64,000 bases of DNA from an uncultured Actinomycetota bacterium. GTDB lineage: Bacteria > Actinomycetota > Actinomycetes > Propionibacteriales > Nocardioidaceae. Position 1 is the first letter of the stretch, and each line of letters begins with the position of its first letter. This document shows, piece by piece, positions 18,690 to 32,244 of the stretch. Location: assembly GCA_963750435.1 (NCBI GenBank), contig CAVVQW010000008.1, positions 20,844 through 84,843 of the forward strand, written 5' to 3'. Below the pieces are notes generated by a model that worked only from the letters and a program-made list of their open reading frames with translations, was not told where the DNA came from and ran no database searches. The translations under genes and the position numbers were made by a program.

Positions 18690-19686
18690 CCTCCACGGAC
18701 GTGTCAGCACATCCGGAAGAGGGTGGCGTAGCATCTTCTGTAGGCAGCAGAGGCCTCCTCCAGCGGGACGTCTCGAAGAGCGCCGCGACTCAGGTGAGAG
18801 CCGAGAAGGCGAGCGTGTACTAGGAGTAGGCAGAGGTGCAAGAGGCGTGGCCGCGCCCGCCGAAGATGCAGATGAGAGCGAAGGCCGAGACAGAGATGGG
18901 ATCCTCGGCGGCAACGGCGACGATGACCTCACGTACACCCCGAGACCGCCGATCGTGGAAGCGACTGCCTCGCAGTTGGTGATCGTGGAGAGCATCACGC
19001 GCGCGCAGAAAAGCTTGAAGAGCTACTAGGCGGGGTCGGTGGCGGTGGAGTAGATGTAGTGGTGGGCGCCGAGGTAGGTAGCCAGGTAGGCCTTGTCGGT
19101 GCCGAGGGCGATCGAAGAGACAAGGAAGCCCATAGTCGAGGGAGTACTGCACGCCGAGGTGACTGAGACCGCCGACGACGAGCACGGCGACGAGGTCACC
19201 GGCGCGGGCCCGGTGAGGCGAAGCGCGTTGTACGTGGTGACGCCGGCGCACATCAGGGGAGAAGCTGCCACGTCGTCGAGCTCGTAGGGCATGCGAGGAC
19301 AGAGCGATGGCCGGAACGAGCACGTAGTCGGCGTACCCGCTGTAGAAGGTGACGCCTGGGATACCCATGTTCTGGAAAGCGATCAGAGCGCCAGAACGAC
19401 AGGGAACGCAACAGCTGCAGGCGCCGCGTACCAGCCAACGCCGACGCGCTGCCCCTCCGACAGCCCTGGGCGCCGTCGCCGAGGGAGGCGACGATGACGG
19501 CGATCTAGTGACCGGGCACGACTGGGAAGTTAACAACGGGGAAGACGCCCTTTAGGCGAACATGTCGCTGTGGCAGAAGCTGAAAGAGAAGACAATGAAC
19601 AGGGCTTAGACAGGGCAGGGCTAGGGCAAAGGCTGTTCGACTAGCTAGAGATAACCACCCTGAGAGATGACCTGGATGGCACGCAT
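18690..19686 (-). pseudogene. Zinc-dependent alcohol dehydrogenase, heavily disrupted (probably sequencing error)
   Basis: Fragments in several frames: MRAIQV start at 19686, CHSD, FPVVPGH, CVPCRSG, PLMCAGVTTYNALR, LGAHHYI; many stops and indels; end approximate. Confidence 0.75.
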
Positions 19687-19831
19687 GGTCTCGGGCAAGA
19701 GAAACTAAGGAAAGGTAGAAAGAAGGAAGATAGAGAGACACTACGATCAAAAGACCTAAGTACGAGATCCGCACCCCCCCGTTCGCATAGAGCTCTACGC
19801 AACAAGCGCGCGACGGGCGTGCGAGCAACCC

Positions 19832-20944
19832 TCAGGCCAGGACCTGCTCCAGCGTCTCGGAGAACAGGCAGAGGGACTAAAAGACAGGCGAGTTGGTCAG
19901 CGACCCGGCGTGAGTGTACAGACCCAGAGCCAAGACAGGTCAGCGAGCAGGGCCTCGGCACAGCCGCGGTAGACCAGCGACACGGCGTAAGACAGGGTCA
20001 CGTTGGTCAACGCGAGCGTAGAGGTGTGAGCGACGGCACCCGGCATCTTTCCCGCAGTAGAAGAAAGAAGACGAGCAAGGAGTACGTAGGGTAGGCGTGA
20101 GTGGTAGGCGAGAGAGAACTAGAAGCAGCCGCTCTGGTCGATGGAGATGTCCACCAGCACCGAGCAGCGCTTCATCACGCGACAACAGCTCGTTGGTGAC
20201 CAGGGTCGGGGCCTTGGCACCGGGCACCAGCACGGCGCCGATCACCAGGTCGGCCTCGAGCACGGCCTGCTCCAGCGACAGGCTGGTGGAGGCGAGGGTG
20301 CGCAGCTTCGGCCGAAGAGGCGGTCGAGCCGCGCGCAGCTTCTCGAGTCGAGGTCCAGCAGGGTGACGTCGGCGCCCATGCCGACGGCGATGAGTGGCGG
20401 CGTTCGTCGCCGGAAGACGCCGGCGCCGATCACGACGACCTTGGCCGGGTGCACGCCGGGCACGCCACCCATCAGCACGCCGCGCCCGCCGCTGGGCCTT
20501 CATCAGCGTGTGAGCGCCGACCTGCGGGGCGAGACGGCCGGCGACCTCGCGACATGGGCGCGAGGAGCGGCAGCGCGCCGTTCGCGGTCTGACACGGTCC
20601 CGAAGGCGACGGAGACCTCCGGGCGAGCACCTCCTCGAGGGCGGTGCTCGGCGGCGAGGTGGAGGTAGGTGAAGAGGGTCTGGCCCTCCTGCATGCGGTG
20701 GTACTCCTGCGCCACGGGCTCCTTGACCTTGAGCACGAGCTCGTAGGTCCCAGGACTCGTCGGCGGAGTCGACGATCTTCGCCCCGGCGGCGAGGTACTC
20801 CTCGTCGGCGATCGAGGAGCCGACCCCGGCCCCGCGCTGCACGTGCACGTCGTGACCGTGGGCGGCCAGCTCGTGGGCGCCGGCGGGCGTCAGGGCGACG
20901 CGGTACTCGTGGTTCTTGACCTCAGCGGGGACACCGATGCGCAT
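19832..20944 (-). pseudogene. ald: Alanine dehydrogenase, frameshifted
   Basis: [62 protein letters not shown] and terminal TLEQVLA* are spread over three frames. Confidence 0.9.
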
Positions 20945-20962
20945 GCGACTCTCCTTCGTTAG

Positions 20963-20985
20963 AGTGCTCGAAGTGTGAGCACTTC
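20963..20985. promoter_or_regulatory. Inverted repeat in the ald / Lrp-regulator intergenic region
   Basis: AGTGCTC-N7-GAGCACT overlapping GAAGTG-N4-CACTTC in a relatively AT-rich spacer. Confidence 0.35.
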
Positions 20986-21054
20986 TTCTGTTTCGAAGAG
21001 TTGAAGCCGTTGACTATTCGGTAGGAAGCGTCCTGGCCATGGGATCCTTCACCG

Positions 21055-21588
21055 TTGGACCGATCCAAGGGAGTCCGGGATGAACACCGTTCGGCGCCGT
21101 CCCAGCGCCGCCAGCGCCAGTCCCAGCGAGAGGTCGAGCTCGACGACACCGACCGCGAGCTGGTGCGGCTGCTCGCCCAGGATGCGCGCACCCCGAACAG
21201 CGTGCTGGCGCAGCGGGTCGGGATCGCACCGTCGACCTGCCTGATGCGGGTGCGCCGGCTGCAGGAGTCGGGGGTGATCCTCGGTTTCCACGCCGAGGTG
21301 TCCCCCCAGGCGCTGGGCCTGCAGCTCCAGGCGATCGTCTCGGTGCGGCTGACCAACGCCGCCCGCCACTCGATCGGCGAGGTCGGTGCCCGCCTGGCCG
21401 CGCTGCCCGGCGTGCTCAACGTGTTCTTCCTGGCCGGGGTGAACGACTTCCAGATCCACGTCGCCGCCCGAAGCGCGGAGGACCTGCGCGAGATCGTGGT
21501 GACCCACCTGAGCGGGTCGCGCGACATCGCCTCCACCGAGACCAACCTGATCTTCGAGCACCTCGGCGGCGGCTCGCCCGTCGTCTGA
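21055..21588 (+). CDS. Lrp/AsnC family regulator (AldR-like), divergent from ald
   Basis: LDDTDRELVRLLAQDARTPNSVLAQRVGIAPSTCLMRVRRL HTH; gene context; start uncertain. Confidence 0.88.
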   Translation: MDRSKGVRDEHRSAPSQRRQRQSQREVELDDTDRELVRLLAQDARTPNSVLAQRVGIAPSTCLMRVRRLQESGVILGFHAEVSPQALGLQLQAIVSVRLTNAARHSIGEVGARLAALPGVLNVFFLAGVNDFQIHVAARSAEDLREIVVTHLSGSRDIASTETNLIFEHLGGGSPVV

Positions 21589-21632
21589 GGCCGGCCCTCC
21601 AGAGGGCCCTCCGAGCAGTAACGTGCCCGCCT

Positions 21633-22157
21633 GTGAGCCGCACCGAGGTCCCGAGCACCGAGCACGTCCGCCGTCTGCCCGTCCACGCCGGTGGCAGCAC
21701 GCCGGGCCGCGTGCCCGAGGAGTGGGCCGACGAGAACGGTCACATGAACATCAGCCACTACTTCCGGCTGGCCAGCCACGCGGTCTGGCACCGGATGCGC
21801 GACCTGGGCATGGCCGAGGACTACATCGGCGCGCGCGGGCACTCCTTCTTCGTCGTCGAGCACCGGCTGCGCTACCTCGGCGAGCTGCGCCCCGGGCAGC
21901 GGTTCAGCGTGCGGGGCGGGCTCGCCGGCCTGGCCGACAAGGCGCTGCACGGGGCCGCGTTCGTGCTCGACGAGGACGGCGACCAGGTGGCCTGCACGTT
22001 CGAGGCGGTCTACGTGCACGTCGCGATGGACACCAGGCGCGCGGCGCCGGTGCCCGAGGACCTCCGCACGTCGTACGCCGACGAGATCGCCGCCCACGCC
22101 GACTGGCTTCCCGCGGTGGCACAGGGCCTGGCGCTGCGCGGCCGAGGGGGCGCCTGA
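21633..22157 (+). CDS. Thioesterase family (hot-dog fold) protein
   Basis: WADENGHMNISHY motif and VEHRLRYLGEL. Confidence 0.85.
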   Translation: MSRTEVPSTEHVRRLPVHAGGSTPGRVPEEWADENGHMNISHYFRLASHAVWHRMRDLGMAEDYIGARGHSFFVVEHRLRYLGELRPGQRFSVRGGLAGLADKALHGAAFVLDEDGDQVACTFEAVYVHVAMDTRRAAPVPEDLRTSYADEIAAHADWLPAVAQGLALRGRGGA

Positions 22158-22296
22158 GGAGCGGCCCAGGGGCGGCCGAGGGCACCGACCACGCTGAGAC
22201 GGGCCTGGCGCCGGGCGCGGCCGCTGGTGTTGGATCCGGGTTCCGGCCCGGTCCGCCCGGACCGCGCCCCCTCCTCACAGACCCAGGGAGCACCAC

Positions 22297-22443
22297 ATGC
22301 TCAAGGACCTCTCAGGCATCGGCACCCTGCAGGACGCACTCTCGCGCACCAACGAGCTCCTCGAGCAGGTGCTCGAGGAGCTGCGGAAGACCAACGACGT
22401 GCGCCTCGAGGCGGTCGTGCAGGAGCTGCGCAAGCAGGACTGA
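22297..22443 (+). CDS. Small 48-aa coiled-coil-like hypothetical protein (absent from the ORF track)
   Basis: AGGGAG RBS upstream of ATG; high GC3 codon usage; MLKDLSGIGTLQDALSRTNELLEQVLEELRKTNDVRLEAVVQELRKQD. Confidence 0.7.
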   Translation: MLKDLSGIGTLQDALSRTNELLEQVLEELRKTNDVRLEAVVQELRKQD

Positions 22444-22453
22444 GCCGCCCCGC

Positions 22454-23677
22454 TCAGCCGCCCTCGCCCGCCGCTCTCGCCAGCGCCCGGTCGACCGCGG
22501 CCGAGTCCAGCACCTCGCGGATCGCCAGGGCCGCGCAGCCGACGACGCCCGACTGCTCGCCGTGGGTCACCGGGGCGATCACGAGCTCGCGGGTGGCGAG
22601 CGCCGAGGCGAGGGAGTACAGCGACTCGCGCAGGCCCGCCACGAAGGGGTCGTACGCCGCCGCGAGGTCGCCGCCGACGACGATCGCCTCCGGGTTCAGC
22701 AGGTTCACCGCCGAGGCCACCACCTCGCCGATCCTTCTGCCCGCGACCCGCACGAGCTGGCGGGCGTCGGCGTGGCCCTGCACGGCGAGCTCGACCAGGT
22801 CGCGCACGTGGCCGACCTCGTGGCCCGACGTGCGCGCGGCCTGCACCAGCGCCCAGCCCGCGGCCACCGCCTCGAGGCAGCCGGAGTCGCCGCAGCGGCA
22901 GGGCAGACCGGCAGCAGCGTGGATCTTGGTGTGGCCGATCTCGCCGGCCGCGCCCAGCCCGCCGCGCAGCAGGGTGCCGCCGGTGACCACCCCGACCCCG
23001 AGGCCGGTCGAGGCCTTGATGAAGAGCAGCTCGCTGTGCCGCTCGAGCAGGCCGCGGCGCTCCGAGAGCGCCATCGCGTTCGCGTCGTTCTCCACGAAGA
23101 CCGGGGGTGGCACGAGGGGTGAGGGGGTCAGTGGTGCCAGGAACGGGGCGAGGCGGACGCCGTCCCAGCCGATCATGATCGGGGAGTCCAGGCTCGCCCC
23201 CGCCGTGGCGTCGACGGTGCCGGGGATGCTCAGGCCCACGGCCCGCACCTGGTCCGGCGTACGACCCACGGAGGCGAGCAGCTCGCCGAAGACGGTCACC
23301 GCACGCGGCATCAGCACCTCGGGGGACAGCAGCACCTCCTGCTCGAGGTCACGCGCGGCGAGCACGGTGCCGTCGAGGTCGCACACCCCGAGCTGGGTGC
23401 GGCTGCGCCCGATGGCGCCCGCGAGCACCACCCCGGCATCGCGGTCGAACCGCAGCCGCACCGGCGGCCGCCCACCCGAGGACGGCGGCGTGGCGGGGTC
23501 GTGGGGATCGACGCCCTCCGCGACCAGGCCCGAGTCGAGGAGCGCCTGCACGCGGGCGGCGACCGCCGTGCGTGACAACCCGGTGAGCCGGCCGATCTCG
23601 CTGCGGGTGTGGGCACGGCCGTCGCGGATCAGGGAGAAGACCTCGCCGGCCGTCGCGGGTCCCGCCACCGACGTCAT
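22454..23677 (-). CDS. ROK family transcriptional regulator
   Basis: N-terminal HTH, GGRPP, VENDANAMA and GEIGH...CRCGDSGCLE motifs. Confidence 0.92.
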   Translation of the reverse strand: MTSVAGPATAGEVFSLIRDGRAHTRSEIGRLTGLSRTAVAARVQALLDSGLVAEGVDPHDPATPPSSGGRPPVRLRFDRDAGVVLAGAIGRSRTQLGVCDLDGTVLAARDLEQEVLLSPEVLMPRAVTVFGELLASVGRTPDQVRAVGLSIPGTVDATAGASLDSPIMIGWDGVRLAPFLAPLTPSPLVPPPVFVENDANAMALSERRGLLERHSELLFIKASTGLGVGVVTGGTLLRGGLGAAGEIGHTKIHAAAGLPCRCGDSGCLEAVAAGWALVQAARTSGHEVGHVRDLVELAVQGHADARQLVRVAGRRIGEVVASAVNLLNPEAIVVGGDLAAAYDPFVAGLRESLYSLASALATRELVIAPVTHGEQSGVVGCAALAIREVLDSAAVDRALARAAGEGG

Positions 23678-23847
23678 ACCGGCATTGAACCACCGAGCGC
23701 GCTCCACCTGGTCTCCCTGACAGGCCGAAGTGGTCTACTTCTGCGTGTTGAAATGCGTAACTACGTATTGTGGGCACACATAACTTCCCCTACGGTGAGG
23801 ACCAGGCCCTTCCCCTGAGTCGCGACCGACAACCTGCGAGAGATGCG

Positions 23848-25365
<1,518 letters not shown>

Positions 25366-25395
25366 CCGCGCTCGTGACCTCCTAGAGGAGACCCC

Positions 25396-27283
<1,888 letters not shown>

Positions 27284-27291
<8 letters not shown>

Positions 27292-27934
27292 CCTCGCCCT
27301 CGCCCCCGTCCTGTCGGTCCCCGCGTCGCTGATCGACACCGTGCCGGTCGTGCCCGTCGTCGTGCTGCACGACGTGGCCCACGCCGTGCCCGTGGCCCGC
27401 GCCCTGGTCGAGGGCGGCGTGCCGGTCATCGAGCTCACCCTGCGCACGCCGGCCGCGCTGGCCTGCATCGAGCAGATCGCCACCCACGTGCCCGAGATCC
27501 TGGTCGGCGCCGGCACCGTGGTCACCCCGGCCAACGCCCACGACGCGCTCTCGGCCGGCGCCCAGTTCCTGGTCTCACCCGGCACCACCGAGCTGCTCGC
27601 CGAGGCGATGCAGGCGACCGGCCTGCCGCACCTGCCCGGCGCGGCGACCGTCAGCGAGGTGCTGCGGCTGCTCGAGCTCGGCTACGACGAGATGAAGCTG
27701 TTCCCGGCCGAGGTCTCCGGCGGCGTCGCGTTCCTCAAGGCCGTCGGCGCCCCCGTGCCCCAGGCGCGGTTCTGCCCCACCGGCGGCATCACGGCCGCCT
27801 CGGCCCCGTCGTACCTCGCGCTGGCCAACGTCGGCTGCGTCGGCGGCACCTGGCTGACCCCGCCCGACGCGATCGCCGAGGGCAACTGGGACCGGATCAC
27901 CGCGTTGGCCGCGGAGTCGACCTACCTGCGCTGA
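27284..27934 (+). CDS. eda: KDPG/KHG aldolase
   Basis: IELTLRT, VGAGTV, FLVSPG, KLFPA and FCPTGGI motifs. Confidence 0.95.
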
Positions 27935-27971
27935 GGCTGGCGCGTCACCACCGCCGACTAGCGTGAGGGGC

Positions 27972-29777
27972 ATGGCCCGCTCGCTGCTGATGTCCCGCGC
28001 CGACCTCGACTTCCTGCTCCACGACTGGTTGGGGGTCGAGGCGCTGACCACCCGGGAGCGGTACGCCGAGCACAGCCGCGAGACCTTCGACGCCGTGCTC
28101 GACCTCTCCGAGCAGCTGGCGACCGAGAAGTTCGCGCCGCTGAACCGGCTGGTCGACACCGACGAGCCCTACGTCGGCGACGACGGCACGGTCGTCCAGC
28201 CGGCGGAGGTCGCGGAGGCGCTCGCGGCGTACACCGCCTCGGGGCTGCCGACCAGCGTCTTCCCGGCCGAGCTCGGCGGCATGCAGCTGCCGTTCGTGGT
28301 GCAGCAGGCGTCGTCGAGCTGGTTCTCGGCCGCGAGCGTCGCGGTCACGGCGTACCCCTTCCTCGCCCAGGGCAACGCCCACCTGATCGCCACCCACGGC
28401 ACCCCCGAGCAGGTCGAGCGGTTCGCCAAGCCGGTGATCGAGGGCCGGTGGTACGGCACCATGGCGCTCTCGGAGCCGCAGGCCGGGTCCTCGCTCGGCG
28501 ACATCACGACGCGCGCCGCGCGGCAGGACGACGGCACCTACCGCCTGACCGGCACCAAGATGTGGATCTCCGGCGGCGACCACGAGCTGGGCGAGAACAT
28601 CGTGCACCTGGTGCTGGCCAAGGCCCCGGGCGCGGCGCCGGGCACCAAGGGGATCTCGCTGTTCATCGTGCCCAAGCACCTCGTCGAGGACGACGGGTCG
28701 ATCGGCGAGCGCAACGACGTGGCGCTGGTGGGGCTGAACCACAAGATGGGCTACCGCGGCACCACGAACACGCTGCTCAACTTCGGCGAGGGGCTCTCAC
28801 GGCCGGGCGGGCAGCCCGGCGCCGTCGGCCACCTCGTCGGCGAGGAGGGCCGCGGGCTGGCCTACATGTTCCAGATGATGAACGAGGCCCGCATCGGTGT
28901 CGGCGCCGGCGCGGTCGCGCTCGGCTACACCGGCTTCCTGCACGCGCTCGACTACGCCCGGGTGCGCACCCAGGGCCGCCCGCTCGCGGGCAAGGACCCG
29001 GCCGCCCCTCCCGTGCGCCTGGTCGAGCACCCCGACGTACGCCGGATGCTGCTGGCCCAGAAGGCTTACGTCGAGGGCGGTCTCGCGCTGATCCTGTTCT
29101 GCGCCCGCCTGATCGACGAGGTCGCCTCCGGCGCCACCCCCGAGGACCGCGCCGAGGCCGAGACCCTGCTCGGCGTGCTCACCCCGATCGCGAAGTCGTG
29201 GCCCTCCCAGTGGTGCCTGGCCGCGAACGACCTGGCGATCCAGGTGCACGGCGGCTACGGCTACACCCGTGACTACGTGGTGGAGCAGCTCTACCGCGAC
29301 AACCGGCTGAACCCGATCCACGAGGGCACCCACGGCATCCAGGCCCTCGACCTGCTCGGTCGCAAGGTGGTCGCCGGCGGCGGCAGCGCCCTGGGCGTGC
29401 TCACCGGTCGGATGCGGGCCACGACGAAGCGAGCTCGCGAGCTGGCCGGGGCCGCGCCGGCGTACGCCGACCGGCTGGAGCGCGTGGTCGACCGGGTCGA
29501 GGCCACCACCGCGACCCTGTGGGCCGCTGGCGACCCGGAGCTCGCGCTGGCCAACGCCACGGCGTACCTCGAGGCGTTCGGGCACCTCGTCGTCGCGTGG
29601 CTCTGGCTGGAGCAGCTGGTCGCCCTCGGGACCCGCGACGACGCCTTCGCGTCCGGCAAGCGCGCGGCCGCGCAGTACTTCTTCGCCTTCGAGCTGCCCA
29701 CCACCGGCCCGAAGCTCGACCTGCTCGACTCCCTCGACCGCACCACGCTGGACCTCGACCCCGACGTCCTGGGCTGA
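27972..29777 (+). CDS. Acyl-CoA dehydrogenase (long form with C-terminal extension)
   Basis: GTMALSEPQAGSSL, KMWISGGDH, QVHGGYGY and IHEGTHGIQALDLLGRK motifs. Confidence 0.93.
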   Translation: MARSLLMSRADLDFLLHDWLGVEALTTRERYAEHSRETFDAVLDLSEQLATEKFAPLNRLVDTDEPYVGDDGTVVQPAEVAEALAAYTASGLPTSVFPAELGGMQLPFVVQQASSSWFSAASVAVTAYPFLAQGNAHLIATHGTPEQVERFAKPVIEGRWYGTMALSEPQAGSSLGDITTRAARQDDGTYRLTGTKMWISGGDHELGENIVHLVLAKAPGAAPGTKGISLFIVPKHLVEDDGSIGERNDVALVGLNHKMGYRGTTNTLLNFGEGLSRPGGQPGAVGHLVGEEGRGLAYMFQMMNEARIGVGAGAVALGYTGFLHALDYARVRTQGRPLAGKDPAAPPVRLVEHPDVRRMLLAQKAYVEGGLALILFCARLIDEVASGATPEDRAEAETLLGVLTPIAKSWPSQWCLAANDLAIQVHGGYGYTRDYVVEQLYRDNRLNPIHEGTHGIQALDLLGRKVVAGGGSALGVLTGRMRATTKRARELAGAAPAYADRLERVVDRVEATTATLWAAGDPELALANATAYLEAFGHLVVAWLWLEQLVALGTRDDAFASGKRAAAQYFFAFELPTTGPKLDLLDSLDRTTLDLDPDVLG

Positions 29778-29792
29778 GCTCTCGGGCGGCCG

Positions 29793-30305
29793 TCAGCAGC
29801 CGGGGAACGGGTCGCCGGCCAGCCGGCCGTGGAGGTGCTCGTCGTGCGGCCGGCCGTCGCCGTACACGTAGGAGGCCCGCAGGGTGCCCTCGCACCGGTA
29901 GCCCGCCGCCTCGGCGACGCGGCACGACCCGTCGTTCTCGACCGCGTGGAACAGCTGCAGCCGCCGCAGGCCCAGCACGTCGTGGGCCCGCCGGCTGGTC
30001 AGCACCAGCGCCGCCCGGCCCGCGCCGCGCCCCCGCTCCGCCGGGACCGTGCGGTAGCCGACCTCGGCCGTGCCCTGCCGGGTGTCGATGTCGGTGAGGG
30101 CGATGGTGCCCACCAGCCGTCCGTCGGCGGCGTCGGCGACGGCCCAGGTCTCGACGGTGGGCGAGCGCACGTCGTTCTCCCGCCGCCACTCGACCGGGTC
30201 GAGCAGCGTCGTCGGGTTCCACCGCCGCGTCTCGGGGTCGGCGAACAGGGCGACCAGCGCCGGGTCGTCGGCCGGGTCGAACGGGCGCAGGAGGACGGGG
30301 GTCAC
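29793..30305 (-). CDS. GNAT (RimJ/RimL-like) acetyltransferase
   Basis: EVGY...RGRGAG and HAVENDGSCRVAEAAGYRCEG motifs. Confidence 0.88.
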   Translation of the reverse strand: MTPVLLRPFDPADDPALVALFADPETRRWNPTTLLDPVEWRRENDVRSPTVETWAVADAADGRLVGTIALTDIDTRQGTAEVGYRTVPAERGRGAGRAALVLTSRRAHDVLGLRRLQLFHAVENDGSCRVAEAAGYRCEGTLRASYVYGDGRPHDEHLHGRLAGDPFPGC

Positions 30306-30343
30306 CGGACGATCCTCCCCTCCCAGGGGGTGGGCTGGTGTCA

Positions 30344-30520
30344 GTGCCGCGGTCCCGGGTCACCTGGTGGCTCGGAACCGCGGCGCTGGTCTCGACGACG
30401 GCTCGACCGACGGGCTCCGGCCCTGCTCAACCACCGTGAAGGCGAGACGGCCCGACCACCGTGACGCGAGACGGCCCGACCACCGTGACGCGAGACGGCT
30501 CGACCACCGTGACGCACGGC
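30344..30520. repeat. Composite repeat: 43-bp palindrome (30344-30386), degenerate inverted REP (30388-30432), 24-bp tandem repeat x3-4
   Basis: GTGCCGCGGTCCCGGGTCACC-T-GGTGGCTCGGAACCGCGGCGC; GGTCTCGACG...CCCTGCTCAACC; ACCGTGACGCGAGACGGCCCGACC units. Confidence 0.85.
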
Positions 30521-30577
30521 CCGGCCGCCGAGGTGGGCCGCTCGACCACCCAGCCCGCGACCCGGCATGATCGCGAC

Positions 30578-32207
30578 GTGAGCACTCCCTCCTTCCCCGG
30601 GACCGTCGCCTTCGTCAACGCCGCCGTCTTCGACGGGCACCACCACGTCGGGGAGGTCGGGCCGGTGGTCGTCGAAGGTGGGCGGATCGCGTCGGTCGGG
30701 GGCGAGGTGCCGGCGGGGGCCGAGGTGGTCGACTGCGGGGGCGGGCTGCTGAGCCCGGGGTTCGTCGACGCGCACGTGCACGCCGTGCAGGGCGGGCTGG
30801 AGCGGGTGCGCTGCGACCTGACCGAGGCGCACACCCGCGAGGAGTACCTCGCCACCATCAAGGCGTACGCCGACGCGCACCCCGAGCTGCCCTGGATCCT
30901 GGGCGGCGGGTGGGCGATGTCGGCCTTCCCGGGAGGTACGCCGACCGCGGCCGACCTGGACTCGGTGGTCCCCGACCGCCCGGTCTTCCTGCCCAACCGC
31001 GACCACCACGGCGCCTGGGTGAACACCCGCGCGCTCGAGCTGGCCGGCCTCACCCGCGAGACGCCCGACCCCGCCCACGGCCGGTTCGAGCGCGACGCCG
31101 ACGGCCACCCCACGGGCACGCTGCACGAGGGCGCCATGCAGGCGGTGGCCTCGCTGGCACCGCCGACGACCGACGAGGAGTACTACGGCGGCCTGCTCGC
31201 GGGCCAGGCCTACCTGCACTCGCTCGGGGTGACGGGCTGGCAGGACGCCATCGTCGGGGCGTACGCCGGCATGGACGACCCGGGGCCGACGTACCTCCTG
31301 GCCGCGCAGCGGGGCGACCTGACCGCCCACGTCGTCGGCGCGCTGTGGTGGGACCGCGACCGGGGCGAGGAGCAGGTCGCCTCGCTGGTCGAGCGGCGGG
31401 CGGCGTACACCCACGGCAACTTCCGCGCGACCAGCATCAAGGTGATGCAGGACGGCGTGGCCGAGAACGGCACCGCGGCCCTGGGGGCGCCGTACCTCGA
31501 CCGCTGCGGCCACGCCACCGCCAACGCCGGGCACTCCTTCGTCGACCCCGCGGGTGCTGCGTCGTGCCGTCGCCCTGCTCGACGCCGAGGGCTTCCAGGT
31601 GCACGTGCACGGCATCGGCGACCGCGGGGTGCGGGAGGCGCTGGACGCCTTCGAGGGGCTGCCCGCGGGCGACCGTCGGCACCACGTGGCGCACCTGCAG
31701 TTCGTGCACCCCGACGACGTACGCCGCTTCGGCGCGCTCGGGGTGGCCGCCAACATGCAGGCGCTGTGGGCCTGCCTGGACGAGCAGATGCTCGAGCTGA
31801 CGCTGCCGTTCGTAGGCGAGGAGCGGGGCCGCTGGCAGTACCCGTTCGGCGACCTGCACCGCACCGGCGCGCGCCTCGCGGCCGGCAGCGACTGGCCGGT
31901 CAGCACCCCGAACCCGCTGGAGGCGATCCACGTGGCGGTCAACCGGTGGGCGCACGGCGAGACCGGGCGCGGCGGCAGCGAGCCGTTCCTGCCCGAGCAG
32001 GCGCTCACCCTGGAGACGGCGTTCGCGGCGTACACCAGCGGCTCGGCCTGGATCAACCACCGCGACGACGCCGGCACGATCGCCCCCGGCCAGGTGGCGG
32101 ACCTCGTCGTCCTCGACCGCGACCCCTTCGCCGGCGACCTCGCGCAGGTCGCCGAGGCCCGGGTGGTCTCCACCTGGGTGGAGGGCGTGCGGGTCTCCGG
32201 GAGCTGA
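30578..32207 (+). CDS. YtcJ-like amidohydrolase (Amidohydro_3), frameshift near 31550
   Basis: PGFVDAHVH, DHHGAWVN and IKVMQDG in one frame; HVHGIGD, HHVAHLQ, GSDWPVS and ADLVVLDRD in another. Confidence 0.85.
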
Positions 32208-32244
32208 ACGGGCGCAGCCGGACGGGTGCTGCGAGGGGGGCGCG

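Noticed and set aside
18640-20100. Low-GC horizontally acquired island or DGR variable region
   Set aside because: It contains collinear remnants of native adh and ald; there is no reverse transcriptase, template repeat, integrase or boundary repeat.
31540-31560. Programmed ribosomal frameshift in the amidohydrolase or alkB-rubredoxin
   Set aside because: No slippery heptamer is evident, and many unrelated nearby genes show similar indels.
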